From: Lama guanicoe
Taxonomy: Eukaryota
DNA length: 64,000 nt
Assembly: GCA_013239625.1 (NCBI GenBank)
Contig: MU053934.1
Location: 3,180,399 to 3,244,398, forward strand
Direction: 5' to 3'
A model generated the notes under the pieces. The model did not search any database and had not been told where the DNA came from. It saw only the letters and a program-made list of their open reading frames with translations. Positions 26,428-39,070 of this stretch are shown here, in pieces; positions within the stretch are counted from its first letter, which is position 1; every line of letters begins with the position of its first letter. A program made the translations under genes and the position numbers.

Positions 26428-27749
26428 AAATGGAATGGTAATACGAATCCAGAACTGATATGAGGATTAAATGAAAATATAGTGGCCGCCGTTATTCCTG
26501 GGTTTGTAGTTGAGACCTGAGTCCACCGCGGAAGACCTCAGGCCAGGGCATGAGGTGGATGCTCTCCGCAGCCTCCTGCACCAGGTGGCTTGTGAAGGGT
26601 CGGAACTGAGGGGCTGGAGGGGCAGAAGCAGCTGAGATGGTTCCGGCTGAGGCTGCGGAGGAACAAGTCACCCAGCCAGGGACCCAGAGTGCCCAGCCCC
26701 TTCTCACCACCCGCTGGCCTCCAAGGCCCTGCCAGGGGCTCTGTCCCCACCCGATGCCCCCTCCCACCTTCTTCCTCTTATTTCTCTTTGGAATCGCGTC
26801 TCCAAAAATTCGTTTTGAAAGAAATTGATTTCCAAGCTGCTTGGAGATGCAGTTAGGTTTTTCATTTTGAAGACATGATGGTAAAGGAGAAGTTTGAGGC
26901 TTAATGACCGTGGAAGGCCATGGAAATAAAGAAGGATCCTCTGCTCTTGGCCAGAGATTGCAGGGCCTGTGCGCATCTCTCTCTGTGACAGCAGAAAACA
27001 GGTGTACACCGGAAGGCACAGGGACCCAACATGCATGTGTACACATCAGCACACACTCCACGTGCACACACACGTATGTACCACACACAGTCACACACAG
27101 CACACAAAAACACACACAGCCTGCCCTCAGTGCAGCCTGTACCCACTCCTCAGGGATCCCCAGTCACCCTCAGCAGGGCAGAGACAGGGCATGGCTGGAC
27201 CACATCCATCTCCCAGCACCCCAGTGCATCCTGCTCTGGGAGGGACCAACCTCACCTTCATTATTTCTGGGAGGAGTTAGTTTCCTTGCCTGTTCCAAAG
27301 ATTCATTCCAGATCTGAAGCGGCAGGTACTCATAATCAGATATCACTGCCTCATTCATTAACATTCATAGGCTCCCTATTACCCAGTTAGACAAAGATCA
27401 CACCAAACCATGCCCATAATAATCCTCACCTCCTGCCACTGAAGCATATCTGTACTCGATATCACATCTCCCCAGGCAGCCCCTGGCAGACCAAGCAGTC
27501 CTGGGACTGCAGCTTCCAGTGTTGTAGATAAATACACTGAGCTCACAGAGGTTGAGGCATTCACCCAAGGTTGCACAGCTCATAGGTCATGGTAAACACA
27601 CACACACACACTTGGCCTCTAACCTACCATTATCAACCCATTCTTCTGCATCTGGAAAATTGTAAAGGTTCCTCTCTGAAGATGCAGATTCTCCTGAGAA
27701 AGGCTTAATGTCTGATACTGTAAGTCCGGGAACGTCCAAATTCCTTAAA

Positions 27750-27960
27750 TCTAGGGCCAGAAGAGACCCGAAATTCCATCTAGTCCAACCCCTCTGATAT
27801 TCAGACTTCCTTTACAATATCCTTGCCTACTGCTATTGGGTCTGTATTTGCACACCTCCAGAACTGGGGAGCTTACTCCTACCTGCTCATTCCCATCTCC
27901 TGTGAAGGTTGAGGCTCTCCTTAGGCTGAGCTGGACTCTGGCCTCCAAGGTTTCTCCCCA
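27750..27960 (-). mobile_element. L3/CR1 fragment
   Basis: CATCTAGTCCAACCCCTC..TATTTGCACACCTCCAGAACTGGGGAGCTTACT pattern. Similar L3-like pieces at ~1400-1500 and ~39360-40100. Confidence 0.55.
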
Positions 27961-30900
27961 CCTTGGGTCTTGGATCTTCTCCTGGGGCTCCAAACCCTCT
28001 CCTTTTCTGGCTGCTGTCAGCCTCAGAGGACCTGCAGAGGTGCCTCCCCCCTTCCAGGCCTATGGGCCAAGGGCAGAAAACTTCCCTAGGCCACACACAC
28101 ACACACACAAAGCGTATAGCCTTCAGGCTGAATGTGAGCAGGGGCTATCCTCTTGGGGGTGGGCAGCCCCTGGGGTCATTGTACAAAGAGGAAGGACACA
28201 AGGACACGGGCCCTCAAGTGTCCTAACTAGGGCTTTCCACATTCAGCAGAGACACGCATGGGGGGTCTTTGCGGAGGTGATGGACTGGGGCCCTGTATTG
28301 AGGGGGGAAAGGACGAAGGGCTTCGTGAGACAAGAAGGGGAGGAAGGGGGCTGGGATGAGCACAAGGGCCCTGACTGAGGAGGGGGCAGCCTTCCTGGGG
28401 AGTCACAGGGCTGTCAGTCCAAGCCTGCGATGCAGGGGACAGCGAGGATCCAGAGGGCTGGATGGAGCGGGACCCTGCTTCTCAGCGCCCCTGCCCATGG
28501 TCTGGGCCTCTCTCCTTAAGGACAGTCCACCTCAGGGAAGATCCGCAGAGGCCTTCCTAAGCCCTCCCTCTGCCTGCTGTCTGAGGAATGGACAGCCCTC
28601 CTCCACCAAGGGGGTCCTGGGGAGGGGAGACCAGGAGAGGATGCAGTCAGACCCCGAAGGAGGTGAGGCCAGAGTGGAGGGGGCAGGGCACTGGGGCTCA
28701 GGGAAGACCACAGTTGGTCCCCCGCTCCTGAGAGCCTTCATGTCCACACTTGGTACACACTTACCCCCTGGCTTACTTTCCATTTGTTGAGCATTTATTA
28801 CACACTGAGTGCTTTACACAACTCAGTCAGTCCCCAGATATCTGTGGAGTACCTACTATGTGCCAGGCACTGGCCTGGGATGCTGGTGATTCCAGTGGGA
28901 AGTCCTGGGTCTCTGGCTTCCCCTCAGCAGTGTGATGGCCTGGGAAAGGCCAAGCCCTAAATCGAGGAGGCCTGGACACGGACCTCCAGCTCCACCACTC
29001 AGCTCTCATGGGGTCAGAGGTGGGCTACCTTGCCACCCTGGGCCTCGGTTTCTTCATGATGGAGCCAGGGACCGCAAAGAGCTGTGCACTCGTCGGGGGC
29101 AGGGACCAGCCCGTGGGTGGACAGGCAGCCCTGCCAGGGACTCCCCCAGCAGGCGCAGGCAGCAGAGAGGCGCCAGCCACGAGGCACAGCCCTAGGGACC
29201 AGCCAGGCCGTCGGCCCAGATTCCCTGCACCTGCCCCAGTTTGACGGGCCGGCCTACTTCTGCTCAAGGATACTTGGAGGTTCCTCAGAAGCTCCCAAGG
29301 GACACACCCATCCCCACCTCCAGCCTCAACTCCATCCTAGACCCACACAGCTGACTCCCAGCTTGGTACAAGGTAAACCCCCGGCACTAGGACCCCCTTA
29401 GCAGACCTTCCTCCCTCCCACGGGCGTCGGATGTGTCAGCGCCCTCCCCTCCTCTCTCAGAGTATCAGCCAGCATTTGGGGTCACTAATGCACGTGGGGC
29501 TCTGCAGAGCACACGTGTCAACCCAGGCTGTGCTTGCACCCCACTCTCACCGCAGCCAACATGCACTGCCTGCTTCCTCCAGCCCAGAGCATGCCAGGCT
29601 CACTGCCTTCAGGGTGGATTGTGCCTACAGAAGTTAAGGCTCAGCTTTGAGTTCCTAAATAAAAATCTGAAACTTGGATCCGAGAGCAGCACTGAAAGGA
29701 AGGCTATTCCAGCCACACCGAGGAAGCCAACTTTCTCCGAGACACAGGATTGGGTGGAGGAGGAAGGGCAGCTGAGAGTTAAGTGACTGTGTGGCTCCTG
29801 CTTCCAAGAGATGCCCCTGGGGGTTCTGGGATCCCACAGGATGAGGCGGAGCCCCCAGCTCTTCCCACAGGGGCAGCACCCAGAAGCCACAGGTGTTCCT
29901 ATTACGGGTGCTGCCAGCCCGTGGGACAGGGAGGGCTGCTTGGCCTCGGAGGGGGCCTGGCAGTGCCGACCTCGTGACGTCCTGCCCCTGCCAGAGGATG
30001 CCAACCAACTCACACAGTGAAATCCCCATTTGGGCTGAGTTTGTCTAGAAGGAGCCAGGCAGAAAAGACACATTAAAAAGCAGGAGGTGGGAGGCAGAAA
30101 AGATGAAGTTTAGTTCCTGTAAGTTCCACCAGAATTTGTGACCTCAAGAATTTCCCTCCTGCCAGGCAGGGTGCAGCTCAGTGAGCAGACAGCACCAGGC
30201 GGGGCAGGGGATCCGGCGGCCTCACTCAGGGCAGGCGGAGGCAGGAAGAGGAGGGGAACGTGGACCCTGCGCCCTGCCGACCACGCTGCTGGGGAGCATC
30301 TTGAGGCAGACCCAGGTTCCCTTGAGGGGTTTCCCCTCCAGCTGCCCTCCCCCTTCCCACCTCAAGCCTCTCCCTAAGTCCACCTGCCTTCTGCCTCCCA
30401 CCCTCCCTTGGATGGCACCCCAGCGGGGGCTGAGTGCTTGTGTGATAACAGAGCCCCCAGTCCTGTCATTAGCGCTAATTACTCCAGTCAGCACCGTGGG
30501 GGACAGAGGGCCCGCCCCAGCCATCCAGCCACTGTTAGAAATGCCACTTATACCTGCACCCTGCCACTCCTGCCGTCCCGTCCCGTCGGCGGAGAGGGCC
30601 TGTGGGGACAGACGCAGGGGGCAGGCGGACAGTGCCCAAGCATTTTCCCATGAGACTGGGGCCAGGTCTGCCCCCAGACAGCCTCCTCTCACCTCCAATC
30701 GCCCCAAAAGCCCCCTCCCCTCCCCTCTCAGGACTCTCTCTCTCTCCTGAGGCCTGAGAGGCAGGAAACGAGGCTCTTCTCCTCCTGCCCCTGCCTCCCG
30801 TTGGCTGTGTTACCCCAGGCAAGTCGCTGCTTCTCTCTGGGCCTGTTTCCTCCTCTCCTAAACCAGGGGCGGGCATTTCTCAACTCCCTTCTGGCTGCAT

Positions 30901-33339
30901 CTTCCTGCAAACTCTCCTCCCTAGCAGCCACCAGTGCCAGCGTCCACCTGCCTGCCCCCAAGGAGCCCAGCTGCCTCCTCTGCCCCCTCTTTCCTGTCCT
31001 TCCCCCCACTTCTCCCCTCATCTCCTCCCCCCTCACCTCCACCCCCTTCTCTTCTCTCCCTGCTCCCCTCTCTCTGCCCACCCTTCCTCTGTCCCTCTCC
31101 TCCCTTCAACCCCTACCTCCCCCCAGCAGCCTCCTCTCTCCCTGTCAATTAGACTGACTCTGGCAGGATGCTCAGAGAGCAGGCCAGGGCACCCAGCTGG
31201 AAAATTGGGTGTCGGGAGCTGCCTGGAATCCTAATGCCCCCAGCCCTGCCCCCTCCTCCCTCAGCTCTTCCTGGCAGGGCCCGGCCTGGGGATGAGCCCG
31301 CTCCCCCAGCTGCTCCCCCTCCTCCCAGGCCTGCAGGCTCCTCTCACTCCCCCAAAATGGGAACGAGCCACCCCCTCCCCTGAGCTCTGGCTGTCGGCAG
31401 ATTTCAAAGCACTTGACTGGGAGTCCAGAGACCGTGTCCTGGGCAGTCCCCCTTCTGGGGCCTCAGTTTGCCCATCTGTAAAATGAGGTTCCACCTCAAA
31501 ACCCTTTCAGCTCAAGCTGCACAGCCTCCGGATCTTTCCGTTCTTCCTCTGAAGCAATAGGCTCCGTACCTGCTCTGGGGGCTGGCCTCATCTTCTGCTT
31601 TGTTTTTGTTTTCACTGTGAATGATCTGGGGCCAGGCGTAGAGTTCCATTTCCCAGCGACCCTCTCAGCCCCTCTGCTGCTGGGGCCACCTCATGCATCT
31701 TTGCTCCCACCTGGCCCCTGAGCAGACAGTGTCCCTGCTCCTCCTGGGGCCCCTGGGCTCCCGACCCTGAGCTGCCAGTCCCCCAGTGCCAGAGGGTGCT
31801 TGGGTAACCCAAGCCCCACCTCCACCTTCTCCCAGCAGCCCAGGAGGGTGCCTCTAGCAGAAACAGAGGACTTGCTCTCCCTGACCCCTCACCTGCTCCA
31901 AACCCAACCCCAGTCTCAAAGGGCCAGCCTGGTTTTAGTCCCTCAGCCCTTGTGGATGTCAGGAGTTGGCAAGGATTGAGGACGCTGATGGTTCACCCAG
32001 CTCAATAGTTTTCTTTTGTCATTAATATTACCTTTGTAATTATTTTTAAATTACCCAGGAAATAGGAAACCCCAACGAGTAGCTTCTTCGGGTCCCACAC
32101 ACAGCGCTCATCCCCTCAGCTGGCTGAGCCTCCACAGGATCCCAGAGGCCCTCCCATCAGTCCGCCTTCAGGGAAGAATCGTTATCCAGTCCCTACGGTG
32201 TGCCAGGTGCACGCTGGGACTCTGGGGACACAGCAAGGAACCTGACAGACAAGTCCTCTGCCTGTAGGCAGTCATTTTTACAGTCGACCAACAAGTAAAT
32301 ACAAAAGGAGAACATTTCAGTGGCCAGCATTATGAAGGAAATAAAACAGAAGGAAGGGACAATGACTCGAGGCAGGACCAGATTCGAGGGCTCTGGGAAG
32401 ACACTTCCAGGAGGTAACGCTGATGGGGCCAGAATGACAAGAAGCCAATGTGACAGGGTTTGGGATATATCATTCTAGATGGAGGGAAGGCAAGTACAAA
32501 TGCCCTGAGGCTGGAACATGTGGTTGTCTGAGGACAGGCGGCCAGCGTGGCTGGAGCAGAAGGTGGGAGGAGACATTGTCCCAGCTGGATCACATCTTTC
32601 CTGGTGGATCCTGGAAGTTGCTGGCCATGCATTCGAAGCACCACAAACAGCCACTGGAGGTTTTAAGCACAAGAGAAACATGTTCTATTGTCCATTTTAA
32701 ATGATCTCCATACTCCGGCTGCTGACACAGAATGGGTTGCTGAGGGTGAGGTGGCAAGAATAGAAGCTGGGAGACCAGTTAAAGGGATGTTGCAGCAATG
32801 CAGGCAAGGGATGCTGAGGGCATGACATGGAGAGAAGTGGTTCTGGCGAACAGAGCATCCATGGGGTGAGGTCCATTGAACGTGTTCCATCTGTGACAGC
32901 AGGAAGTACCCTCCCAGGACCTTCTACCCTCTTCACGTTTCTTTGTCTTCCACTCCTACCAAGGTTCTTTTTCACTCCTTCTCTCCACCACAGTCCTGCC
33001 TCCTCTTGATCCAGCCTTCAGCATGGGCCATCTGGTCCTTCTCAGCTTTATCCAGGTCTGCACCTGCCTCGGTGGGGAAGAGTTGAGGGTAGGCACCGAG
33101 GTCCTCAAGGGGAGGGAAGTAGCAGAGCCCCTATGGGGTCTACTCCAATAGCGGCACTTATGAAAACCAACCAGACCTTTCACACTGCAAAGAGTAACCT
33201 CCGGCTAAGGGTGTTCTTTATCCTGTACCTTATTATATAATGCAAAGAGTGTCTCTTGCCTTCTCAGCCTTGAGCCACTTTACAAAGAGCCTGGAGAATG
33301 TCAGGGCCCAGAAAAGGTTACAGCACTGGGAGTGAAGGA

Positions 33340-35150
33340 AAAGGCAAGCCACTCAGTGGGAAAAGATATTTACAAATAAGACTCCATTACAAATCAATAA
33401 GAGAAAAGGAGATAACCTAATAGAAAAATGGACAAATGACTTGACTAGGCATTTCACAAAAGAGGATATCCAGAGGGTCAATAAAGATGTTAAGAAAAGC
33501 CCTCCACTTTATTTACTCAGGGAAATGCAAAGTAAACTCGCAGTAATTACCAATTTACACGCCCACCGGAGGGACCAAAATGAAATGGCTAGATCATATC
33601 GAGGGTTGGTGAGGATGCAGTACAACCAGAAATTTCGTATACAGTTGGGAGACATGTGACCTGGTGCGAGCACTTTGGAAGTTCTTTGGGCACATCTAGT
33701 AAAACCGAGCACATACACACCCTGTGGCAGAATGATTTAGTCCCGAGTACACCCCCAACAGGAGAGTGTGCAGATGCCACCGAAAGACGTGTGAAAGGAT
33801 GTTCACACCAGCATCGTTCGTCACAGCGCTAGACTGGAAACCACCCAAATGTCCATCAACAGTAAAGTGAATAAAGAAATTGCAGTGCATTTCACAGCAA
33901 GGGGGAGAAACTGCTGTTACACACAACAACACAAATGAATCTCACAGACACACTGCCGAGGGAAAGAAGCCAGGCATGAATGAATGAATGAGTGTATATA
34001 TATATACACATACATAATTCGTGCATACTGTGAGATTCTGTCGATATGAAGTTACAAACAGGTTAAGATAGCCATCAGGCACATGAAAAGATGTTCAATA
34101 TTGCTAATTGTGAGAGAAATGTAAACCAAAACTACAATGAGGTATCACCCTGCACTAGTCAGAATGGCGATCATTAAAAAGTCCATAAACAATAAATGTT
34201 GGAGAGGGTGTGGAGGCAAAGAAACCCTCCTACACTGTTGGTGGGAATGTACATTGGTGCAGCCACTATGAAGATTCCTTAAAAAACTAAAAATATACTT
34301 ACCATATGATCCAGGAATCCTACTCCTGGGCGTCTATCTGGAGTAAACTACAATTCGAAAAGACACACGCACCCCAACGTTCATAGCAGTATTTACAACA
34401 GCCAAGACATGGGAACAATCCTAAATGTCCATTGACAGATGAATGAATAAAGATGTGGTATATTTATATATATAATGGAGTACTACTCAGCCATAAAAAA
34501 GAATAAAATGTCATTTACATCAACATGCATCGACCTGGAGATCGTCATTCTAAGTGAAGCAAGAAAGAGAAAGAAAAGTACCATATGATATCACTTATAT
34601 GTGGAATCTTGAAAAAAAAAGACACAAATGAACTTATTTACAAAACTGAAACAGACACACATAGAGAACAAACTTATAGTTACCGGTGGGGGGAAGAGGG
34701 TAGGATGAGATAAACTGGGAGTTCAAGATTTGCAGACACTAACTACTATCTATAAAATACATAAACAAGTTTCTAGTGTATAGCACAGGGAACTATATTA
34801 AATATCTTATAGTAACCTGCAAGGAAAAAGAATATGAAAAGGAATATATGTATGTACATGTATGACTGAATCACTATGCTGCACACCAGAAATTGACACA
34901 CCACTGTAAACTGACTATACTTCAGTTAAGAAACAAACAATACAAAAACAAAAACAGGGAGGCAGACATGAGAGCCATTATCTTTGCAGCACAGCAAGAG
35001 ACTGGAAGGGGACACCAGGGTCTCATGGAATGCTGGTCATGTTTTGTGTCATCATCTGGGGTCTGTGTGTCATGGAGGTGATGGATTTGTGAAAAATCCA
35101 TCATTTGAATCTGTGAACTTCATGTGTGTGTACGCATGTACATACGTATA
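33340..35150 (+). mobile_element. Old L1M(B/C/E) ORF2-end / 3'UTR, split by a younger L1
   Basis: AATAGAAAAATGGACAAATGACTTGACTAGGCATTTCACAAAAGAGGATATCC..ACTGGAAACCACCCAAATGTCCATCAACAG..; resumes after 34958. Confidence 0.75.
34063..34951 (+). mobile_element. 5'-truncated younger L1 (artiodactyl/camelid type)
   Basis: ORF2 C-terminal remnant (GGCACATGAAAAGATGTTCAA..AAACTACAATGAGGTATCACC..), 3'UTR ending ..CTGTAAACTGACTATACTTCAG, A-rich tail; candidate TSD AAACAGG at 34056-34062 and 34952-34958. Confidence 0.85.
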
Positions 35151-35233
35151 TGAACTTTAATTATGATTAACTTCAAATATATTAACTATAAAACGCACCT
35201 TACCTTCCTGGGTTGCTGTTTTTCATTGGATTA

Positions 35234-35575
35234 CAGGGGTCCCCAACCTTGACACCACTGACATTCTAGGCTGGATCATTCTTTGTTGTGGTGCTGTCCT
35301 CTGAATTGTAGGGTGTCTAGCAGCTCTGTTGGCCTCTACGCACTAGTGGATAACCAGCAATGTCTCCAGACATTGCCAAATGTCCCTGGAGGGTAGGGTT
35401 GCCAGATAAAATACAGGATATCCAGTTAATGTGCACTATCTGGGACATTTTTCTAAACTTTACAAAATTATCAGCTGTTCATCTGAGATTCAAGTTTAAC
35501 TGAGCACCCTGCATTTTAATTTGCTTAATCTGGCAACCCATCTGGGGGATCCAATCATCCCTAGTTGAGAATCAG
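35234..35575. mobile_element. MER20 hAT-Charlie element with nested MER53
   Basis: CAACCTTGACACCACTGACATTCTAGGCTGGATCATTCTTTGTTGTGG..AATGTCTCCAGACATTGCCAAATGTCCCTGG..GTTGAGAA. Confidence 0.8.
35394..35540. mobile_element. MER53-like MITE
   Basis: Perfect TIRs GGGTTGCCAGAT 35396-35407 and ATCTGGCAACCC 35528-35539; flanks CTGGAGGG / CTGGGGGA resemble an 8-bp TSD. Confidence 0.75.
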
Positions 35576-36221
35576 AACTATCTCAGTGGCGCTGCTGTTT
35601 TCTGTAGTACAGACGCTCCCTGATTTGTTAAGCATTACCTTCTGATAGACATTACGTTTTTCCATCTGAGGTTTCCTGCTGCCTATAACGGAAACCCCTG
35701 CTCAATCTCACATTGACCACAAATACATCCCCATTTCTGCGCGGCAGGAAGTGTGGAGGGAGCTTTGGGTTCCCAGATGAAGGAAACAGCCTCTTCCCTC
35801 GTTCTGCTCGCTGCCTCCCGCATCTCACTGGCGCTGCAGATGTCACCCTCAAACCGGCTCTTTCCAAGAACTCCCCAGCAGAGTCCCCGCCACTTTCCCT
35901 GATGTTTCACTGGCTGGGATTGGTCACATGCCCACTCCTAACCTGTCACTGGCAGAGGGTGTGGCCACCCGTAAACCAATCAAGAGCACCTGTGGTGGTG
36001 ATGGTGGTAGTGGTGCTGTTCACTCCCCGAAGCACCTGTTGGAGGCAGTGGGCAGCAGACACTACTCTGCTGATTGCTAATTTGCCCTGTTGCTGCTAAT
36101 TCTCCCATCCACTCCCCAAGCAACATGCAGGGGGCTCTTCCTAATCAGAGCATGGTGCGCCCTGCTTAAAGCCCCGCAGTATATCCCTCTGCTCTTAGAA
36201 GCTGGAAAACTCTCGACTAGA

Positions 36222-37152
36222 GCCTGCTCTCATCTGCCTGCCAGCCAGCTCTTTTGCCTACCCCTGTGGCTTTCTTGCTCCACCTCAAACAGGTCAAACC
36301 CCACCCTGCCTCAGGGCCTTTGCATCTGCTCTTCCTTGTGCCTGGAACACGCATGCCTGCTCTCATCTGCCTGCCAGCCAGCTCTTTTGCCTACCCCTGT
36401 GGCTTTCTTGCTCCACCTCAAACAGGTCAAACCCCACCCTGCCTCAGGGCCTTTGCATCTGCTCTTCCTTGTGCCTGGAACACGCATGCCTGCTCTCATC
36501 TGCCTGCCAGCCAGCTCTTTTGCCTACCCCTGTGGCTTTCTTGCTCCACCTCAAACAGGTCAAACCCCACCCTGCCTCAGGGCCTTTGCATCTGCTCTTC
36601 CTTGTGCCTGGAACACGCATGCCTGCTCTCATCTGCCTGCCAGCCAGCTCTTTTGCCTACCCCTGTGGCTTTCTTGCTCCACCTCAAACAGGTCAAACCC
36701 CACCCTGCCTCAGGGCCTTTGCATCTGCTCTTCCTTGTGCCTGGAACACGCATGCCTGCTCTCATCTGCCTGCCAGCCAGCTCTTTTGCCTACCCCTGTG
36801 GCTTTCTTGCTCCACCTCAAACAGGTCAAACCCCACCCTGCCTCAGGGCCTTTGCATCTGCTCTTCCTTGTGCCTGGAACACGCATGCCTGCTCTCATCT
36901 GCCTGCCAGCCAGCTCTTTTGCCTACCCCTGTGGCTTTCTTGCTCCACCTCAAACAGGTCAAACCCCACCCTGCCTCAGGGCCTTTGCATCTGCTCTTCC
37001 TTGTGCCTGGAACACGCATGCCTGCTCTCATCTGCCTGCCAGCCAGCTCTTTTGCCTACCCCTGTGGCTTTCTTGCTCCACCTCAAACAGGTCAAACCCC
37101 ACCCTGCCTCAGGGCCTTTGCATCTGCTCTTCCTTGTGCCTGGAACACGCAT
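36222..37152 (+). repeat. Perfect tandem array, 7 x 133 bp, inside an L2 element
   Basis: Units start at 36222, 36355, 36488, 36621, 36754, 36887 and 37020; the ORF track repeats with period 133. The unit contains the L2 motif CCTGCCTCAGGGCCTTTGCA..TGCCTGGAA, and L2-like sequence continues on both flanks. Confidence 0.97.
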
Positions 37153-37649
37153 CCTGGGCTCCTTCTCATCAGGTCCTTGTTGGGACATCTCCACAGATGG
37201 ATCGCCCCTGAGCATCTTGTGATATGTGACCCCCCTGAGATCTTCCCCCATGTTGCCAGGGGCAAAATCACCCCATTCACCTCATTCACCTACTTATACT
37301 TATCGACTGTCTCTTTTGGCTTGGATGTCAGCTCCTTGAGGGCAGGGCCTCCACATCCTGGTCACTGTTGTGTCCTTGGGGTCTTCTGGGAGCAGTCCAT
37401 GGCACCAGAAAGTTCTCCACTCACACTGACTGAACCAAGCCCGAGGGGGTGCACTGCAGCTCTGTGCACCAGGCCAAGCACAGGCCAGTCCCTTATCTGC
37501 AACCACAAAATCCCAGCTCTCAGAAAGCCTTCTCTTTACCTACATGGCAACAGACCTGACCCAAACTGATGTGAGGCTATTTAGAGTCTGTTTATCCCAC
37601 CTACTGTGAATATGTATGCAGCTTACTGCAGAAATATTACTGTTTCATT

Positions 37650-38090
37650 AGGGGGTTATCCTGGGCTGGGCTCCCCAAAAGCAGAACCAGAGACAGGATT
37701 TGGGTGCTGTTGGTTTATTTGGAAGGTAATGCCAGGAAGCAGGAGGCAGGGACTGGGGAGAGTGAAATAAGGACAGGGAGAAGCCAAAACAAGGGTCATT
37801 ATCAAGGTCACTACAGCGGGCAATGGGGCAATGGGGGGGGGGTCAAGTCCTCTGGGACCTTGTAAGCAGCCTAGAGTGCTCACCTGAAGGACAGAGGCTG
37901 CTGGGCACTTACCTACAAGTCCCTGGGCCCTATTGGCTGAGGGTTGTCCAAAGGAGCATTCACTCCCCAGAACTTCCCAGCAGCACTTGAGGTGAGACCT
38001 TGTCTGCATGAGGCTGAAATCAGAAGTGGGCTGAAGACCCCAGCAGGGGACACCCTTAGACCCTGTGGGAGAGTGATGCAGAATGTGGCT
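37650..38090. mobile_element. LTR16-like ERVL LTR
   Basis: GGGCTCCCCAAAAGCAGAACCAGAGACAGGATTTGGGTGC..GGTTTATTTGGAAGGTAATGCCAGGAAGCA..; appears to interrupt an older Tigger-like fragment (~37480-37645 and ~38090-38160). Confidence 0.6.
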
Positions 38091-38629
38091 TATGCACCAA
38101 ATTACCTGTCTAAAACCTGGAACAAATTTGGCCCCAAGGATTTCAGGTTCCTTGAGGTACAACTGCTCCATTAGAGGGGACACATTAAAAAGAGTCTTGT
38201 ATGTATTTTTAAAGTTTTAATAGATACAACCAAGAGCCCTGTGAAATACCTGTCTACATTTCACACGTCCTCTGCCCAAGTCAACAGCAGATATGATAGC
38301 TAAGTAGCGATCGTCACGGCAGACGCGTTAGTCTGTATCAGGCACTTTTCTAAGCATTTATTTCTCACAATGACTCTACAGACTAGTACTGTTTTTATAA
38401 ACATTTTTTTCAGGTAAGGAAACACCAGAAAAAGGCATGAGGCGCAGAGGTTACATACTTCACGCAGGTTTCTGTAACTGGTAAGTCCAAGGCAGGAGTC
38501 CAACCCAAGCGGGACATTAACCACGGTGCTACGCCATCTCTAATGATATAATAATCTTCATTCTTACCAATCTCAAAAGTGAAAAGTGACAGTTCATCGT
38601 CTTGGTTTGCTTTTCTCTATTGTCATTTT

Positions 38630-39070
38630 ATCAGTTAGGATTAGGCCTGGGTACAAATATCAGAGACCTAAGCCAGAAATGTCTTGCTCAAGTAAAATCC
38701 TGAGGTTGGTAGTCTAGAGCTGGCATAGCAGTTCTACCCCATGGTGTCAGTCACTCAGGCTCCTTCCTTCCCTTGTTACTTTGCTCTGTATGATCTCTAG
38801 TCCCAAGAACTCCTCACAGTCCAGAATGGCTGCTGGAGCCCCAACCATCATGTTCTGTCTTCCAACCACAGGAAGAAAGAAGGGATAAAGAAAAAAGAGA
38901 CAAAAAGCACCTACCAGCTATCTTCTCACTGGCCAGAAATTGGGCACATGGCCTCACCCAGATAGGAGGCTGGGGAATGTCATTATTCTAGATGAACATG
39001 TGCCTAGCCAAAAGTCAAAAGTTCTGCTCCTATGGAAGAAGGGAAGGTAGATACTGAAGTACATAGTCTG
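38630..39070. mobile_element. MLT1J/K-like MaLR LTR
   Basis: TCAGTTAGGATTAGG..CCAGAATGGCTGCTGGAGCCCCAACCATCATG..CTCACTGGCCAGAAATTGGGCACATGGCC..GGAGGCTGGGGAATG. Related MLT pieces at ~35650-36060 and ~40200-40430. Confidence 0.6.

Noticed and set aside
36222..37152. CRISPR-like array
   Set aside because: Head-to-tail identical units with no spacers, in eukaryotic DNA.
36090..37569. Three 320-370 aa ORFs with repeated peptides
   Set aside because: Produced by the stop-free 133-bp L2-derived unit cycling through frames.
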